Source: Eledone cirrhosa
Taxonomy: Eukaryota
DNA: 64,000 nt
Assembly (NCBI GenBank): GCA_964016885.1
Contig: OZ024753.1
Coordinates: 43,524,001-43,588,000 of the forward strand
Direction of reading: 5' to 3'
Part shown: positions 1 through 13,592 of the stretch, in pieces
How the letters are laid out: each line of letters opens with the position of its first letter
Numbering within the stretch: position 1 is the first letter of the stretch
Made by a program: the position numbers and the translations under genes
Notes under the pieces: generated by a model
What the model was told of the DNA's origin: nothing
Databases searched by the model: none
Seen by the model: the letters and a program-made list of their open reading frames with translations, nothing else

Positions 1-253
1 TACTCACACATACCCATATACTCACACATACCCATATACTCACACATACCTATATACTCACACATACCCATATACTCACACATACCCATATACTCACACA
101 TACCCATACACTCACACATACACTCACACATACACTCACACATATCCATACACTCACACATACCCATAGACTCACATACATATATACTCACACATACACT
201 TAGAAATACACACCCACACACACATTAAACAACACACACACATACCCATACAC

Positions 254-296
<43 letters not shown>

Positions 297-470
297 TACT
301 TACACACACACAAACACACATACACACACACATATACACATACTTACACACACACAAACACACATACACACACACACATACTTACACACACACGCACATA
401 CTTACACACACATACACACACACCCATACTCACACGCACACAGAAAGACACACACTCACACATACACAAA
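1..470. repeat. CA-rich simple repeat; 18-bp unit TACTCACACATACCCATA at 1-170 decaying into (CA)n
   Basis: Periodicity read directly from the sequence. Confidence 0.9.
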
Positions 471-809
471 CATTCATCAGCACACACAAACCAATAAAAG
501 GCCCATCTGAAAGAAATCCTCTGCTTCCATCAATCAATAAGGAGGTGTATTGAAGTGCCTCAGCCCCTTTCATACAGCTTTAATATATCCACTTGAATTC
601 TCAGTTAATATTGATTCCAAGTGTTATTTATTTGATAGAACCCAAGTTTAGCTTTTCAATTTTTAGGTGTCACTTTTGTGATTATATTTCATATGTTTTC
701 ATTACAGCTACTTCGGCGGAGTCCCTGCCATGACAAACTAATGTACAAACCAGCTAGAGAAAAACAATACAAAAACAGTAAAACACTCTCTATGTTACAT
801 AGTGTAAAC

Positions 810-1195
810 GTGTGTATGTATGTGTGTATGTGTGTGTGTGTGTGTATGTGTGGCTGGGTGTTTGGGTGTTTGAGTGGTATGTGTGTGTGTATGTATGTGT
901 GTGGCTGGGTGTTTGGGTGTTTGAGTGGTATGTGTTTGTGTGTGTGTATGTGTGTGGCTGGGTGTTTGGGTGGTATGTGTGTGTATGTGTATGTGTGTGT
1001 TTGGGTGTTTGAGTGGTATGTGTGTTTGTGTATGTTGCTCTGTGTGTATGGTTTTGTGTGTGTGTATGTGTGGCGGTGTGTGTAGAGGATTTGTGTGTGT
1101 TTTGTAAGTGATATGTGTCAGTATGTATGGGAGGTTATGTATGTGTGTGTGTATGTGTATGAGGAATTATGTTTGTGTGTAAGTGGCTATGTGTT
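810..1195. repeat. degenerate (TG)n microsatellite with repeated GGCTGGGTGTTTGGGTGTTTGAGTGGTATG blocks
   Basis: Directly visible. Confidence 0.85.
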
Positions 1196-1385
1196 TGACC
1201 CAAATTACTTGGTCGTTTTTTTGGCTATGCGGATGATTGTTTAACCCTCGTCTCAGTGTGTTTGCCCTTTAACGTATGTTGTAGCTCTGGTTCACCTGAA
1301 CCATTGAGCACTTGCCACACATCTTGGAGGTTGTTTTTCCTTATTTCATAGGCCGAAATATGATTCTCGATAATTTATATTTGTA

Positions 1386-1436
<51 letters not shown>

Positions 1437-1454
1437 GTTTTGTGCATAAGCCTG

Positions 1455-1494
<40 letters not shown>

Positions 1495-1714
1495 AAGGGT
1501 TTTGTGTATATGCCTGTGTGTGTATATATATATATGAGGGGTTATGTATCTGTGTTTACGTAAGTGTATGCTCAAGTGTTTATTTACATAGCTGAATGAA
1601 TATTAATATATGTTTATATATAATGAATTCCACAAGCAGAATCTATTATATATAATGAACTCCTGCCATGACCAACAAAAAGTTCAATATTATCCAGCAA
1701 AAAGTGGATAGAAT

Positions 1715-1990
1715 ATATATATATGTGTGTGTATGTACGTGCATGTGTGTATGTATGTGCATGTGTGTATGTATGTAAGTATGTATGTGTATGTATGTAT
1801 GTGCATATGCATGTACATACATATGTATGTATGTCTGGATGTATGTTTGTATGTATGTGCATATGCATGTACATACGTATGTATGTATGTCTGGATGTAT
1901 GTTTGTATGTATGTGCATATGCATGTACATACGTATGTATGTATATGTCTGGATATATATATATATGTGTGTGTTTGTGTGTGTCTATAT
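1715..1990. repeat. TG/TATG microsatellite with a 56-bp higher-order unit (about 3 copies)
   Basis: GTGCATATGCATGTACATAC recurs at 1801, 1857 and 1913. Confidence 0.85.
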
Positions 1991-2284
1991 GTGTGCATCT
2001 ATGTGTATGTGTGCTGCTTTGTGTGTGTATGTATACACAGTTGTGTCTGAATGCTTGTATGATCGTCTATATTGATTTCCACAAGCAAGATATACTATGT
2101 GTATGTACTTTTATCACATACATGACATAATTGCATACAAAAATATATACATAATATCTCTCTCCAGACATATACATACATACGTATGTACATGTATATG
2201 TAGACATACATATGTACATTCATACATATACATGCTAATACATATACATATACATACACGTATATGCATACATCAAATCAAACC

Positions 2285-2462
2285 AATTAAACAATGTTTC
2301 CATTGCTGATACTATCTACTGGTCACAACTCCTGGCAGAAAGAGGAACATGAAATAAAGTGTCTTGCTCAAGGACATAATGCATGACCTGCTCCAGGAAT
2401 CAAACCTGCAACCTCACAATTGTAAATCCAATTCTCTAACCACTAAACCATGTTCCTTCACT
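2285..2462 (-). mobile_element. tRNA-derived CORE-type SINE (family B)
   Basis: Minus strand reads GTGAAGGAACATGGTTTAGTGGTTAG (A-box-like), GTTTGATTCC (B-box-like), then CTTGAGCAAGACACTTTATTTCA; homologous to 9160-9420, 15620-15780, 44600-44830 and 61035-61260. Confidence 0.75.
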
Positions 2463-2489
2463 GATACTATTCCTCTTTGTTATTGAGGA

Positions 2490-2827
2490 TGAATTTTAAA
2501 CCATATTTCTAATGAAAGACACTGTACAATTTTCAAAATATTCTAAAAATGAAAAATTTTTAAAAATTCAGCTATATAACTAGCTTTCTCATCAATTTGG
2601 TATCTAGAACCAAATTATATTTAATAAATATGAGGGGGATGTGTTGTGTTCTTGAGCAAGACATTTTATTTTATGTTGTTAAAATTATGACAGAAAGTGG
2701 TTTAACAAATATTCTTACAAACAATTATGATAGAAAGTGTATAGATAAATATAAACATTTTAAAATAAAATGTCTCATATCTCAGAACCTGGAGCAATTT
2801 CAAGTGGTTTTGTATGAAAGGGGTTAA
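2490..2827. mobile_element. degenerate TTAA-CCCTTT-terminated MITE, family 2 (piggyBac-like)
   Basis: Ends AAAGGGTTAA; related segments at 3247-3490, 3830-4082, 9070-9532, 11000-11254, 27159-27560 and 44860-44959. Confidence 0.55.
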
Positions 2828-3619
2828 TATCTTCTACTTATATATTAAACACATTTATTGGATAAATATCAGATCATGATAAAATACACTCTATAAAACC
2901 TTTAGCACTCTCTATTACTGTTGTATGATAGAATATTTTGAAATATATTGCTATATATAATATGATTTACACTCATGATGTTGGCAGAGAACTCTCATGT
3001 AGAAAGAAGTGAGTGCAATTTCAATTTTATCGTTTCTGTTCCTTTGCTTTGTGCTGGATTTCAATCTGGTACCCTCCAGCAAGTTTTTTTGTAATTTATA
3101 CTCTTCCAACCAAAGAAAATAAGATTTAACAAGCCACTACAGTCTTTTCACTGCAGTGAAGAATACTTGCTTGCATGAAATGAGAGATTACATGGTCTGA
3201 GAAGAAATATTTATGTATATCTCAACATTTTATGTATTTATGTTTTTAACACTTTTGATACCTAACGACCTGAAACTGCTCCTGGTTCTATAATACAGAA
3301 CTGTTTAAGTGTTTATATTTATCTAAAAACCTTTTATCATAACTTTGTGTATGCAGCTCTGTGAAGTCATGTTCCATACATTAGCTTAGTAAGGAGAAAT
3401 TTAGTTGTGTTACGAAACTGTTCGAAATTGATTGTTTTCAAAATTATTTGAAAACCATCGGAAGTGTCATTAGAATTATGGTAACGAAATTATGAGCAAG
3501 AGATAGACATCTGATCTGATATGTCTCACAATGGGACAACTCATCTAACCCATGCTAGCGTGGAAAGTGGACATTGCCTCTTAAATCATACAGGGATATG
3601 ACATAACATTTCTAAACTG

Positions 3620-3712
3620 GAAACACATTGTACATTATTCTATGTACTATACATGCACCTTTAATGAGTTGTAGTGCACCTGAGCACTGTACACAATAAT
3701 TTCATTATTATA
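3620..3712 (+). mobile_element. CR1-clade LINE 3' tail fragment
   Basis: GTAGTGCACCTGAGCACTGTACACAATAATTTCATTATTA is identical to the 3' end of the CR1 copy at 21165-21892. Confidence 0.8.
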
Positions 3713-4167
3713 ATATGAAAGCCAGGGAGTGTTTGAGATAGAATCCAGACAGTATAGAGCAAAAATGGAGAAGTTGTCAATGGCGCCCATAAGGTGACTC
3801 CGTGTTTTAGCAGGGAAAATAGCCTAAAATTTGTTGTATTCTAAATATATCTGATGAAAGACACTGCCAATGATTTTGAAATGATTTAGAAAATAATAAA
3901 GAATTTAAAAAGATTTAACAATAAACCAAACTTTCTCATTATTAAGCTGGTGTTTGGAAAATAACTGTAGGAAGTTTGTTATATCGAATTATGACTGAAG
4001 GTTTTCAGATAAATATAAACACTTTAAAAGGAAGAGAGAGAATGGGAGGCAGTTTGAGGCAGTTCAGCATCAAAAGGGTTATGTAAATATAGGAACAAAA
4101 TATATGACATTGAATACTGACTTCCTCTACTTTCATTTACAAACTAACAGCAGTATATTTGTGGTAG

Positions 4168-4209
4168 TGTGTGTGTGTGTGTGTGTGTGTGTCTGTGTGT
4201 TTGTGTGTT

Positions 4210-4253
<44 letters not shown>

Positions 4254-4349
4254 TATATATATATATATAACTATGTGCATAACTATCTATTTATCTTTCT
4301 ATCTATCTATATCTATGTATGTATGTATGTGTGTGTGTGTGTGTCTATA

Positions 4350-4389
<40 letters not shown>

Positions 4390-4439
4390 TATATTTATAT
4401 GTATGTATATATATGTATATATATATATATATATACATG

Positions 4440-4505
<66 letters not shown>

Positions 4506-4623
4506 TATATTTATATGTATGTATATGTATATATATATATATATACATATATGCGCATATGTTTATATATCTCTCTCTTTCTTCACATATATATTCTCTC
4601 TCTCTCACTATATATATATATCA

Positions 4624-4663
<40 letters not shown>

Positions 4664-4920
4664 ATACATATATATATATATATCAATACATATATATATA
4701 TATATCAATACACATATATATATATATCAATACACATATATATATATATCAATACACATATATATATATATCAATACACACACATATATATATATATCAA
4801 TACACATATATATATATATCAATACACACATATATATATATCAATACACACATATATATATATATATCAATACACACACACACATATATATATATACACA
4901 CATATATATATATATGTATG
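4168..4920. repeat. compound (TG)n/(TA)n microsatellite with TCAATACACATATATA higher-order units
   Basis: Directly visible. Confidence 0.95.
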
Positions 4921-5289
4921 ATAATGTGATTATGAGTTTGCATGAGCTTACCCTTAATCCATAAACCATATGCTATACATTTCAGCTGATATATTCTAAT
5001 GTAATTTACTTAACACTTGCTGCATAAAAGAAAAACTAAGCTAGTAACGAAATATCAGTGACATCCAGTTCAAAGCTGGTAGCTAATTTAATGCTGCCAA
5101 CTTCTCGGTTTGTCTGTCATTCTTTCTCAAATCTGATGTTTTCCATTACATTTATTTGACTAAGGTAGATTTTCCTATCATTCATTCATCAATCTTACTT
5201 CATGGATACATGCCAATTTCTTCTTCCTTTATAGAACTAAGGCTACTGATGTTATAAACTACTACAGCCGCTAACATTTCTCATCCCCC

Positions 5290-5782
5290 CCCCTCTATCT
5301 CTATCTCTCTATCTCACTCTCTCTCTATCTCACTCTCTCTATCTCTCTATCTCACTCTCCCTCTCTATCTCTCTCTATCTCACTCTCTCTCTCTATCTCA
5401 CTCTCTCTATCTCTCTCTATCTCACTCTCTCTATCTCTCTCTATCTCACTCTCTCTATCTCTCTCTATCTCACTCTCCCTCTCTATCTCTCTCTCCCTCT
5501 CTCTCTCTATATATATATATATACGCGTATCTCTGTCTCTCTCAACCTTTTTTTCTATAACTCTGTTTCTCTCTCTCTCTTTTTTTCTCTCTCTATCTTT
5601 CTCTCTCTATCTTTCTCTCTCTGTCTATCAGTCTCTCTCTCTATTTCTTTCTCTCTCTCTCTTTCTCTCTCTATCTCTCTTTCTCACTCTCTCTTTCTCT
5701 CACACTCTCTCAGTATCTCTTTCTTTCACTCTCACTCTCTCTTTCTCTCACTCTCTCTATGTATCTCTCTCTCTCTCACACA
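5290..5782. repeat. (CT)n/CTAT polypyrimidine microsatellite
   Basis: Directly visible. Confidence 0.9.
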
Positions 5783-6211
5783 CCCCTTCCATATTGTACA
5801 GTCATGATGAAGATAATAAATAGACCGCCTCTGTCCCTTTCTGAAAGAAAGTTGCTTTTTAGTTGTTCATCTCTTATTTGGGGGGGGGGGGGGGGACCCT
5901 AACCTATAATTTATTGTCTTATATCACCTACATGCAATCTTGATAAATGGAAGCCAAGCTGTTATATTTTATATGGAATCCTATTTTTCTCCTCTACCAA
6001 TAGTATATAAACACCCAACTTGTTTATTTTACCGTGATTTCCTTTCATAGATATTTACTGAAATAGTGTTTATCTAAGGTTTAAACATTAAATGTTAATA
6101 ATTCAGTGGAAGTGGTGCAAAGATTGCTGGGATAGGTTGCCAGCCTATAGCAAGTATTTTCTTTCAAAAGTAAGATTTAATGCAATACAAATATTGCAAG
6201 TAAAACATTAA

Positions 6212-6425
6212 CCCTTTAGCATTTAAACCGGCCATATCTGGCCAGCATTCTCTACCCCTTTCTGTTCAAATCGGCCATAAATATCTGCTTATACTTATGT
6301 TAAGGTATTTTTCTCAAAATAGATAATATCAAAATCTCATAGATTTGATATTATGTGAGATATTTATGTGAAATAAAATGTTTACCATGAAAATATAATT
6401 GTAAATATAGAGAAATGCTAAAGGA
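6212..6425 (+). mobile_element. piggyBac-type MITE, family 1 (about 220 bp, TIR CCCTTTAGCATTT, TTAA TSD)
   Basis: TTAA|CCCTTTAGCATTTA...AAATGCTAAAGGA|TTAA; the empty site is visible in the neighbouring duplicate. Confidence 0.85.
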
Positions 6426-6691
6426 TTAATTCCACAGTATTTTTACTGAATTCAGCCAGTATATGACACTAGTCAAAGACTAGAGTCTGTCTTGAACCCA
6501 GAGACTTATCAGGTCAGTCTTGAACCCAGAGACTTACCAGGTCAGTGCTTATCTTGGTTTCTGAGAGTAGGGCCAAGAATACTAGGGGTCTCACTACATA
6601 TTACCTATAAAACAGCTGACTCTTGCAAGAAATTCTGTCCACATATGTTTCCAGCCTATAGCAAGTATTTTATTTCAAAGGTAAGATTTAG

Positions 6692-6882
6692 CCCTTTAGC
6701 ATTTACCTTACTATTGTATACTATTGTATTTTCACAGCTTTACCTCACATAATATCGAATCTATGGGATTTTAATATTATTTATTTTGAGAACAATACCT
6801 TAACATCCATATGAGGGGCTAGTTTGAACAGAAAGAAGTGAGAGAATTCTGGCTGGATATGGCCGGTTTAAATGGTAAAGGG
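6692..6882 (-). mobile_element. piggyBac-type MITE, family 1, opposite orientation
   Basis: TTAG|CCCTTTAGCATTTAC...TAAATGGTAAAGGG|TTAA. Confidence 0.85.
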
Positions 6883-7444
6883 TTAATGCAATGCAAGTAT
6901 TGCAAGTAAAACATTAATTCCACAGTATTTTTACTGAATTCAGCCAGCGTATGAGACCAGTCAAGGGCACTAGAGGTCTCCACTACACACCTATAAAATA
7001 GCTGAGTCTTGCAAGAAATTCTGTCCACATTGTTTTTCTGTCTCAAAAAGTTATATATCCAATTGTATTCAATTGACCTACAGTTGATACATGTAGTAGT
7101 AGTAGTAGTAGTAGTCTTTCCATATAACCAAACATACTCTTCAAACTTTTAAGCTTACAACACACTTTTCAAATGTTCCAATATTTATAATATTATTCCT
7201 AATGTATATTAGCTCTACACCTGATGCTCTACTGAGTGAGTTGTTATAACATTAATATCTTCCCATCTGCCAGAAATCTAAGGACATTGCACTCTATAGA
7301 AATAACATAGTCATCCTAATATCTTCACACCTACTAATGTATGTTTGTTATCATTCCTGCATAATTAAGTTGTACCTGCTTTTAGCAGCTAAGTGAACTG
7401 AAGCAGGTGCAATTCAGTGTAGTTGGGAAGTTGAAAATGAAACA

Positions 7445-8680
7445 TGCACACCACCATCTCTACCACCACCCCTTCCACCATCTCTAGCACCACCCCTAGC
7501 ACCACCGTCCCTACCACAACCACCACCCCTAGCACCACCACAACCACCATCCCTTCCACCATCCCTACCACCCCCAGCACACCTACCACAACCACCACCC
7601 CTAGCACCACCATCCCTACCACACCTACCACAACCACCACCCCTAGCACCACCATCCCTACCACACCACAACCACCACCCCTAGCACCACCACAACCACC
7701 ATCCCTTCCACCATCCCTACCACCCCCAGCACACCTACCACAACCACCACCCCTAGCACCACCATCCCTACCACACCTACCACAACCACCACCCCTAGCA
7801 CCACCATCCCTACCACACCACAACCACCACCCCTAGCACCACCACAACCACCATCCCTTCCACCATCCCTACCACCCCCAGCACACCTACCACAACCACC
7901 ACCCCTAGCACCACCATCCCTACCACACCACAACCACCATCCCTACCACCCCTAGAACACCTACCACAACCACCACCTCTAGCACCATCATCCCTACCAC
8001 ACCTACCACCACCACCACCACAACCACCATCCCTTCCACCACCCCTAGCACACCTAGCACAACCACCACCACCATCATCACCATCACAACCATCACAACC
8101 ACCACCCCTAGCACCACCACAACCACCACCCCTAGCACCACCACCACCACAACCATCACCACAACCACCACCACAACCATCACCACAACTACCACCACTA
8201 CCACCACCACAACCACAACCATCACAACACCACCACAACCACAACCACACCAGAACCACCACAACCACCACCACTACCACCACAACCACCACCACTACCA
8301 CCACAACCACCACCACTACCACCACAACCACCACCACTACCACCACAACCACCACCACTACCACCACAACCACCACCACTACCACCACAACCACCACCAC
8401 TACCACCACCACCACCACTACCACCACCACAACCACAACCACCACCACCACAACCACAACCACAACCACCACAACCACAACCACCAGCACCACCATCACT
8501 ACCACAACCACCAGCACCACCATCACTACCACTTCCACCACCACAACCACACCACAACCACCACAACCACACCACTACCACCACAACCACACCACTACCA
8601 CCACAACCACACCAGAACCACCACAACCACACCACTACCACCACAACCACACCACAACCACCACAACCAACACCACACCA
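7445..8680. repeat. complex (ACC)n/(ACA)n trinucleotide-derived minisatellite, G-rich on the minus strand
   Basis: CACCACAACCACCACCCCTAGCACC-type units, then 21-bp ACCACCACTACCACCACAACC units. Confidence 0.9.
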
Positions 8681-9159
8681 CAAATTTGAACTCAGAATGG
8701 CAAGGGCCGTAACTCTATGCATTAAAGAATGGTGTCCGACCCTCTACTGATACTGCCAATCCAATATATTTGGTATATAGGGAATAATGTTGGAATCTTC
8801 CAGGCTGGCAATCTACGCCATTCTCTCATCCTTCTTTTTCCTTCTACAGTCTTTTGTGGGATTTTTCATCACTAACTCATCTTGACTGCCATATGGTCAT
8901 AGAATACACATTTTCTACCTTTATGTAATCAGGTCGTTGTTCAGGTGTTTATTTAATCTCTTCAATTTTATTATATTCAAGGCTATGTCAGTTATAGCAA
9001 GATAGGTTATTGACCTGTAGCTGATTTTGCGGAGAGGAGAAGGTTGCTTTATTTTTAGTGATGGGGATCAATAATTTTGATACAAAACCACATGAAACCG
9101 CCTCTGATTTTATAATAGAACTCTCTATATTTTAAAGCGTTTATATTTATTTTGTCTTG

Positions 9160-9420
9160 TGAAGGTACATGGTTTAATGGTTAGAGAATTGGATTGACAG
9201 TCATAAGGTTGTGAGTTCGATTCTCGGACCGGGCGATATGTTATGTCCTTGAACAAGATATTTTATTTCATGTTCCTCATTCTGCCAGAAGTTGCAACCG
9301 GTAGATAGTACCAGTAATGGAAATACCAATAGAAACATTGTTTCCTTGGTCTGATTTGCCGAGTTCCATTCCACTTGGTAGGTGAGTGAGGCCTGGGATC
9401 TTGTCAGTTGATTCCAACAA
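9160..9420 (+). mobile_element. tRNA-derived CORE-type SINE (family B) nested in a family 2 MITE
   Basis: TGGTTTAATGG A-box and GAGTTCGATTC B-box; the MITE sequence TATATTTATTT resumes on both sides (about 9142 and 9422). Confidence 0.75.
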
Positions 9421-9707
9421 CATATTTATTTAAAAACTTTCCATCTACTTAATAAGAAGAGAGTTATTTATATAACTAAATCCATCCAAATTCTTAATTA
9501 TTTTTAAATTGATCATAGTAACGAAAGGGTTAAGATGGATTTACCTTTAGGGTGCCAGTCAGGTGTTATATATGGTACCATAACTATCGCATTAAATTTA
9601 TCTGCTAGCACCTTATAAATTCCTGTTAAATATTTTACCTGAAAGATGGGAATCTTATCATGTCTTTGTATTTTTCAGTTGTTTGTCTTTTGCTGTGTAA
9701 AGGCTTC

Positions 9708-9935
9708 TTATGTTGTTATGTCTTCGAACACTTGTTCAGGGTTGTGTTTATTGTTGTTATGTCTTTGAACACTTGTTCAGGTGTGTTAATTGTTGTTATG
9801 GCTTCAAACAATTGTTCAGGTGTTTATTGTTGTTATGTCTTTGAACACTTGTTCAGGTGTGTTAATTGTTGTTATGGCTTCAAACAATTGTTCAGGTGTT
9901 TATTGTTGTTATGTCTTTGAACAATTGTTCAGCTG
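9708..9935. repeat. tandem repeat with alternating 37-40 bp units (TTGTTGTTATGTCTTTGAACACTTGTTCAGGTGT), about 6 copies
   Basis: Directly visible. Confidence 0.85.
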
Positions 9936-9959
9936 TTGTATTCATTGTTTTCATCAATC

Positions 9960-10520
9960 TTGCCCAAAGTAGTATATTTTGGCAGCCCATAACTCTCCTA
10001 AAAATTCTTCTATTTCTTTTGCTCTTGGCACATCATTGATTTCTATTTTATTTTTTTTACCAGTTTCTTGATAAAATCATTTAGGGTTGGTGTCAAACTG
10101 TTTGATTTATTCAAAGAATTCTTCTTGTTTGTCATCCAAATCGATTCACTGCAGTATAGCAAGGATCTCTTCTTCCAGGCATTCTTTGATTTCGGATATT
10201 TTTTTTCTCTTAAGTTTATGCTTCTCTACTATTTCTCTCTCTTTCTCTCTCTCTCCCTACATTTTCTCAGATTTGACATTTTGTTATTATTGGTTTCATT
10301 AAGGATCGAGAGATATCATTTCTCTTATTCTTTATGTTATTGTTTTTTTTCCTTTTTGTGTGTGTTTTATTATATATTTGATTTCCATGTTGTTTGTATA
10401 GGTTTTGATATTCCTATTGAGTAAATCTGAGAAAGAATTCACTCTTCTTTGTATCCACAGTAGCTGGTGTATTTAAATTTCATTTAACCTGGTAATATTG
10501 ATGTTAGTGTTGGTTTTAAT
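9960..10520 (-). pseudogene. decayed R4/Dong-clade non-LTR retrotransposon fragment (region N-terminal to RT)
   Basis: Minus-strand translation of about 10193-9983: EIKECLEEEILAILQ*IDLDDKQEEFFE*IKQFDTNPK*FYQETGKKNKIEINDVPRAKEIEEFLGELWA, resembling the QN.lF..n.k.FY...P...e...FW..IW pattern recalled for R4/Dong ORFs; several stops. Confidence 0.5.
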
Positions 10521-10739
10521 TAAGTTTCCGATGGACAGGCTAACATCTTTTTACAGTTTTTATTATTATACTTGTTACTATTTGGTCGGGTTATTTTTAT
10601 TTTTATTATTTCTACTTATTTTTCTCTTTTGTTGTTGCAGAGAAAGTTTTCAATCTCCAGCTTTTCCTATTCTTAAATATTCCTCATTTTATTTAGAGTT
10701 AGGTTTGAGTTGATCTGGTTTCTCTCTTTTATTAGTATT

Positions 10740-10965
10740 CTGTGATCTAAGTGACCTAAGCTGTAGAAATGATCTGGTTTATCTGTTGTGTTAGTCAGTG
10801 TTCTGTAGGTGATCTAAGCTCTGGAGTTGATCTGGTTTATGTTAGTCAGTATTTTGTATGTGATCTAAGTTGTAGAGTTGATCTGGTTTATGTTAGTCAG
10901 TGTTCTGTGATCTAAGCTCTGGAGTTAATCTGGTTTATCTGTTATTAGTCAGTATTCTGTAGGTG
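10740..10965. repeat. tandem repeat of about 45-50 bp (GATCTAAGCTCTGGAGTTGATCTGGTTTATGTTAGTCAGTGTTCTGT), about 5 copies
   Basis: Directly visible. Confidence 0.8.
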
Positions 10966-11681
10966 TTTTATATCCCTTCTATCATAATTTGATGTAAGAA
11001 CCTTTAAGTTATGTCCCTAACAACAGCTTAATAAGGATTGGTTATTTTTAAAATTATTCAAAATTCATAGCCAGTATCATTCATTAGAAATATATGAAAA
11101 GTTCATAGACTGACTAAGATACTCTCATGGAAAGATACAATATTAACAAGAAGAGTTGAAATTAAGGCATGCAAGATTTCACAGCTCTAGCATCACTCCT
11201 TTATAGTCAGCTGATGAACTTCTCAGTTGAACCTCATAGTAACAAAAGGGTTAATCAACCATTTGTCTTCACATATTTGACATCTGTGACTCCATATCTT
11301 GAAACTTCTCTAGCTTTTGGTCTTTGAACCCAGTTCTAATGTCTTTAAGCTCTGCAATATCAATTCCTTTATATTCACTACCATATGGTCACACTTTTAA
11401 GGGGGGGTAATACTGAATTGTTTTGATGTTCACATGTTTGATTATGCTGGGAAGCAGGATTTCATAACAATTCTTTCACCTTTCACAATTGAAACTTTCT
11501 ACACACATTCTCCAACCCTTGCTCACAGGGAAAACGGATGTTATTTGATGATGGCGGTGATAATTTCACAGAAATTTTACCGAGATTCATTTGGCAGAAT
11601 TCATTCTTATGACATGTTCCCACCATATAAAAAGGTCAATGCTTCATTCCCAGGTTTTACTTTTCAATTTCTTATCCTTAA

Positions 11682-11684
<3 letters not shown>

Positions 11685-11734
<50 letters not shown>

Positions 11735-12078
11735 CATATATACACATATATACACATATACATATATACACATATACATATATACATATATACATATATA
11801 CACATATACATATATACATATATACATATATACATATATACATATATACATATATACACATATACATATATACACATATACATATATACACATATACACA
11901 TATACACATATACATATATACATATATATACATATACATATATACAGATATACATACACACATAGCTAAATAAAATACATATATACACATATACATATTT
12001 ACAGATATACACACATACATATTTACATATATATATATATATATACATATTGACACATATACATGTATAAATATAAAC

Positions 12079-12115
<37 letters not shown>

Positions 12116-12122
12116 CATATAT
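11685..12122. repeat. (TA)n/(TACATA)n microsatellite
   Basis: Directly visible. Confidence 0.95.
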
Positions 12123-12197
12123 AGCCACCTCCATCTCCATAACTGTTTATACAGTTTTTCTTTTCTGAGAAAAGCCTTCTGATATGATGTTAATAAT

Positions 12198-12390
12198 TGT
12201 TTCTACTTTTGGCACAAGGCCAGCAATTATCCCAGTGTATTACTGGTACTTTATTTCATCGACCCCTCCGTAAGGATGAAAGGCAAAGTTAACCTCGACG
12301 GGATTTGAACTCAGACCGTAAAGGGACGTAACTTTGCTAGAAAGCATGGCGTCTGATTCTCTACTGATACTGCCAATCCACCGCCCTTGG
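12198..12390 (-). mobile_element. tRNA-derived SINE with Meta/MESC-like central domain (family A), full length
   Basis: Minus strand: TGGCAGTATCAG A-box-like, GAGTTCAAATCC B-box, GCCTTTCATCCTTACGG..GGTCGATGAAATAAAGTACCAG central domain; 10-bp TSD TGTTAATAAT. Confidence 0.85.
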
Positions 12391-12957
12391 TGTTAATAAT
12401 ACCACACAAAGATATAACATTAGATAATTTAACAAAGAACATTTATATAACGGCAGCAATAGAATATCTATAACAGGGTGTAGATATAACCTTTCTAAAA
12501 AGTCATTTAAAGTAGCGTAAGTGAAGAGACTCTTTCACTTGTTTTCATGTTGTATTATATTGAGATTACCAACACATTGTCATGTTCACATATGTTTCTT
12601 TACATTGTGAAGTCTCTGTCATCTGACAACTTGAACTGTGTCTGGAATGAATAGCCATCTTAGTAAATATCTCATCTTGTATAAACACACAAAAAGCATG
12701 CACTGATATTAACTTATCAATGGCATATATTCAGTACACATTATTCATAGTAACAGTTTTGAATCTTGTTATAACATTAAAAAGAAAAAGAAAAAGAAAA
12801 GGTGACAATTGTCAAATCAGACCAAGAAAAGAATGTTTCCATTGGTTGTTCTATTGTTGATACCATCTGTCAGTCTGTCACAACTCCTGGCAGATGAAAG
12901 GAAAGAAGCTGATCAGACGAGGGATGCGGTTTATATTAGTATTTCCATTGTTCATAC

Positions 12958-13550
12958 TATCTGTAAGTCACAACTCCTGACTGAAGAATGGAGCTGATTG
13001 TTAGATGAGACCCAGAAAACAATGGTTATACTGGTCTATCCAAAGCTGATCTTATCTGTAAGTCACAACTCCAGGCTGAAGAATGGAGCTGATTGTTAGA
13101 TGAGACCCAGAAAACAATGGTTATACTGGTCTATCCAAAGCTGATCTTATCTGTAAGTCACAACTCCAGGCTGAAGAATGGAGCTGATTGTTAGATGAGA
13201 CCCAGAAAACAATGGTTATACTGGTCTATCCAAAGCTGATCTTATCTGTAAGTCACAACTCCAGGCTGAAGAATGGAGCTGATTGTTAGATGAGACCCAG
13301 AAAACAATGGTTATACTGGTCTATCCAAAGCTGATCTTATCTGTAAGTCACAACTCCTGACTGAAGAATGGAGCTGATTGTTAGATGAGACCCAGAAAAC
13401 AATGGTTATACTGGTCTATTCAAAGCTGATCTTATCTGTAAGTCACAACTCCTGACTGAAGAATGGAGCTGATTGTTAGATGAGACCCAGAAAACAATGG
13501 TTATACTGGTCTATTCAAAGCTAATATGATCTGTCAGTCACAACTCCAGG
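12958..13550. repeat. 95-bp tandem array, about 6 copies, derived from the family B SINE 3' body
   Basis: CTGT(A/C)AGTCACAACTCC at 12961, 13056, 13151, 13246, 13341, 13436 and 13531; the unit resembles GAAACAATGTTTCCATTGGTCTTTCC..CTATCAGTCACAACTCC at 28040-28097. Confidence 0.9.
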
Positions 13551-13592
13551 ATGGAATACAGCACATGTCTCCCAGAGAAGGATAGAGATAAT

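Noticed and set aside
680-753. Minus-strand acceptor followed by short open frames
   Set aside because: All frames stop within about 24 codons and no homology was recognised
7389-8722. Mucin-like, Pro-rich and Gly/Cys-rich ORFs
   Set aside because: Trinucleotide-derived repeat with frame-shifting indels and no exon boundaries
11205-11240. CTGATGA plus a small hairpin as a hammerhead
   Set aside because: GAAC instead of GAAA and no stem I partner
12198-12390. tRNA gene calls from A/B boxes
   Set aside because: These are SINE heads with no cloverleaf, followed by SINE body and TSD
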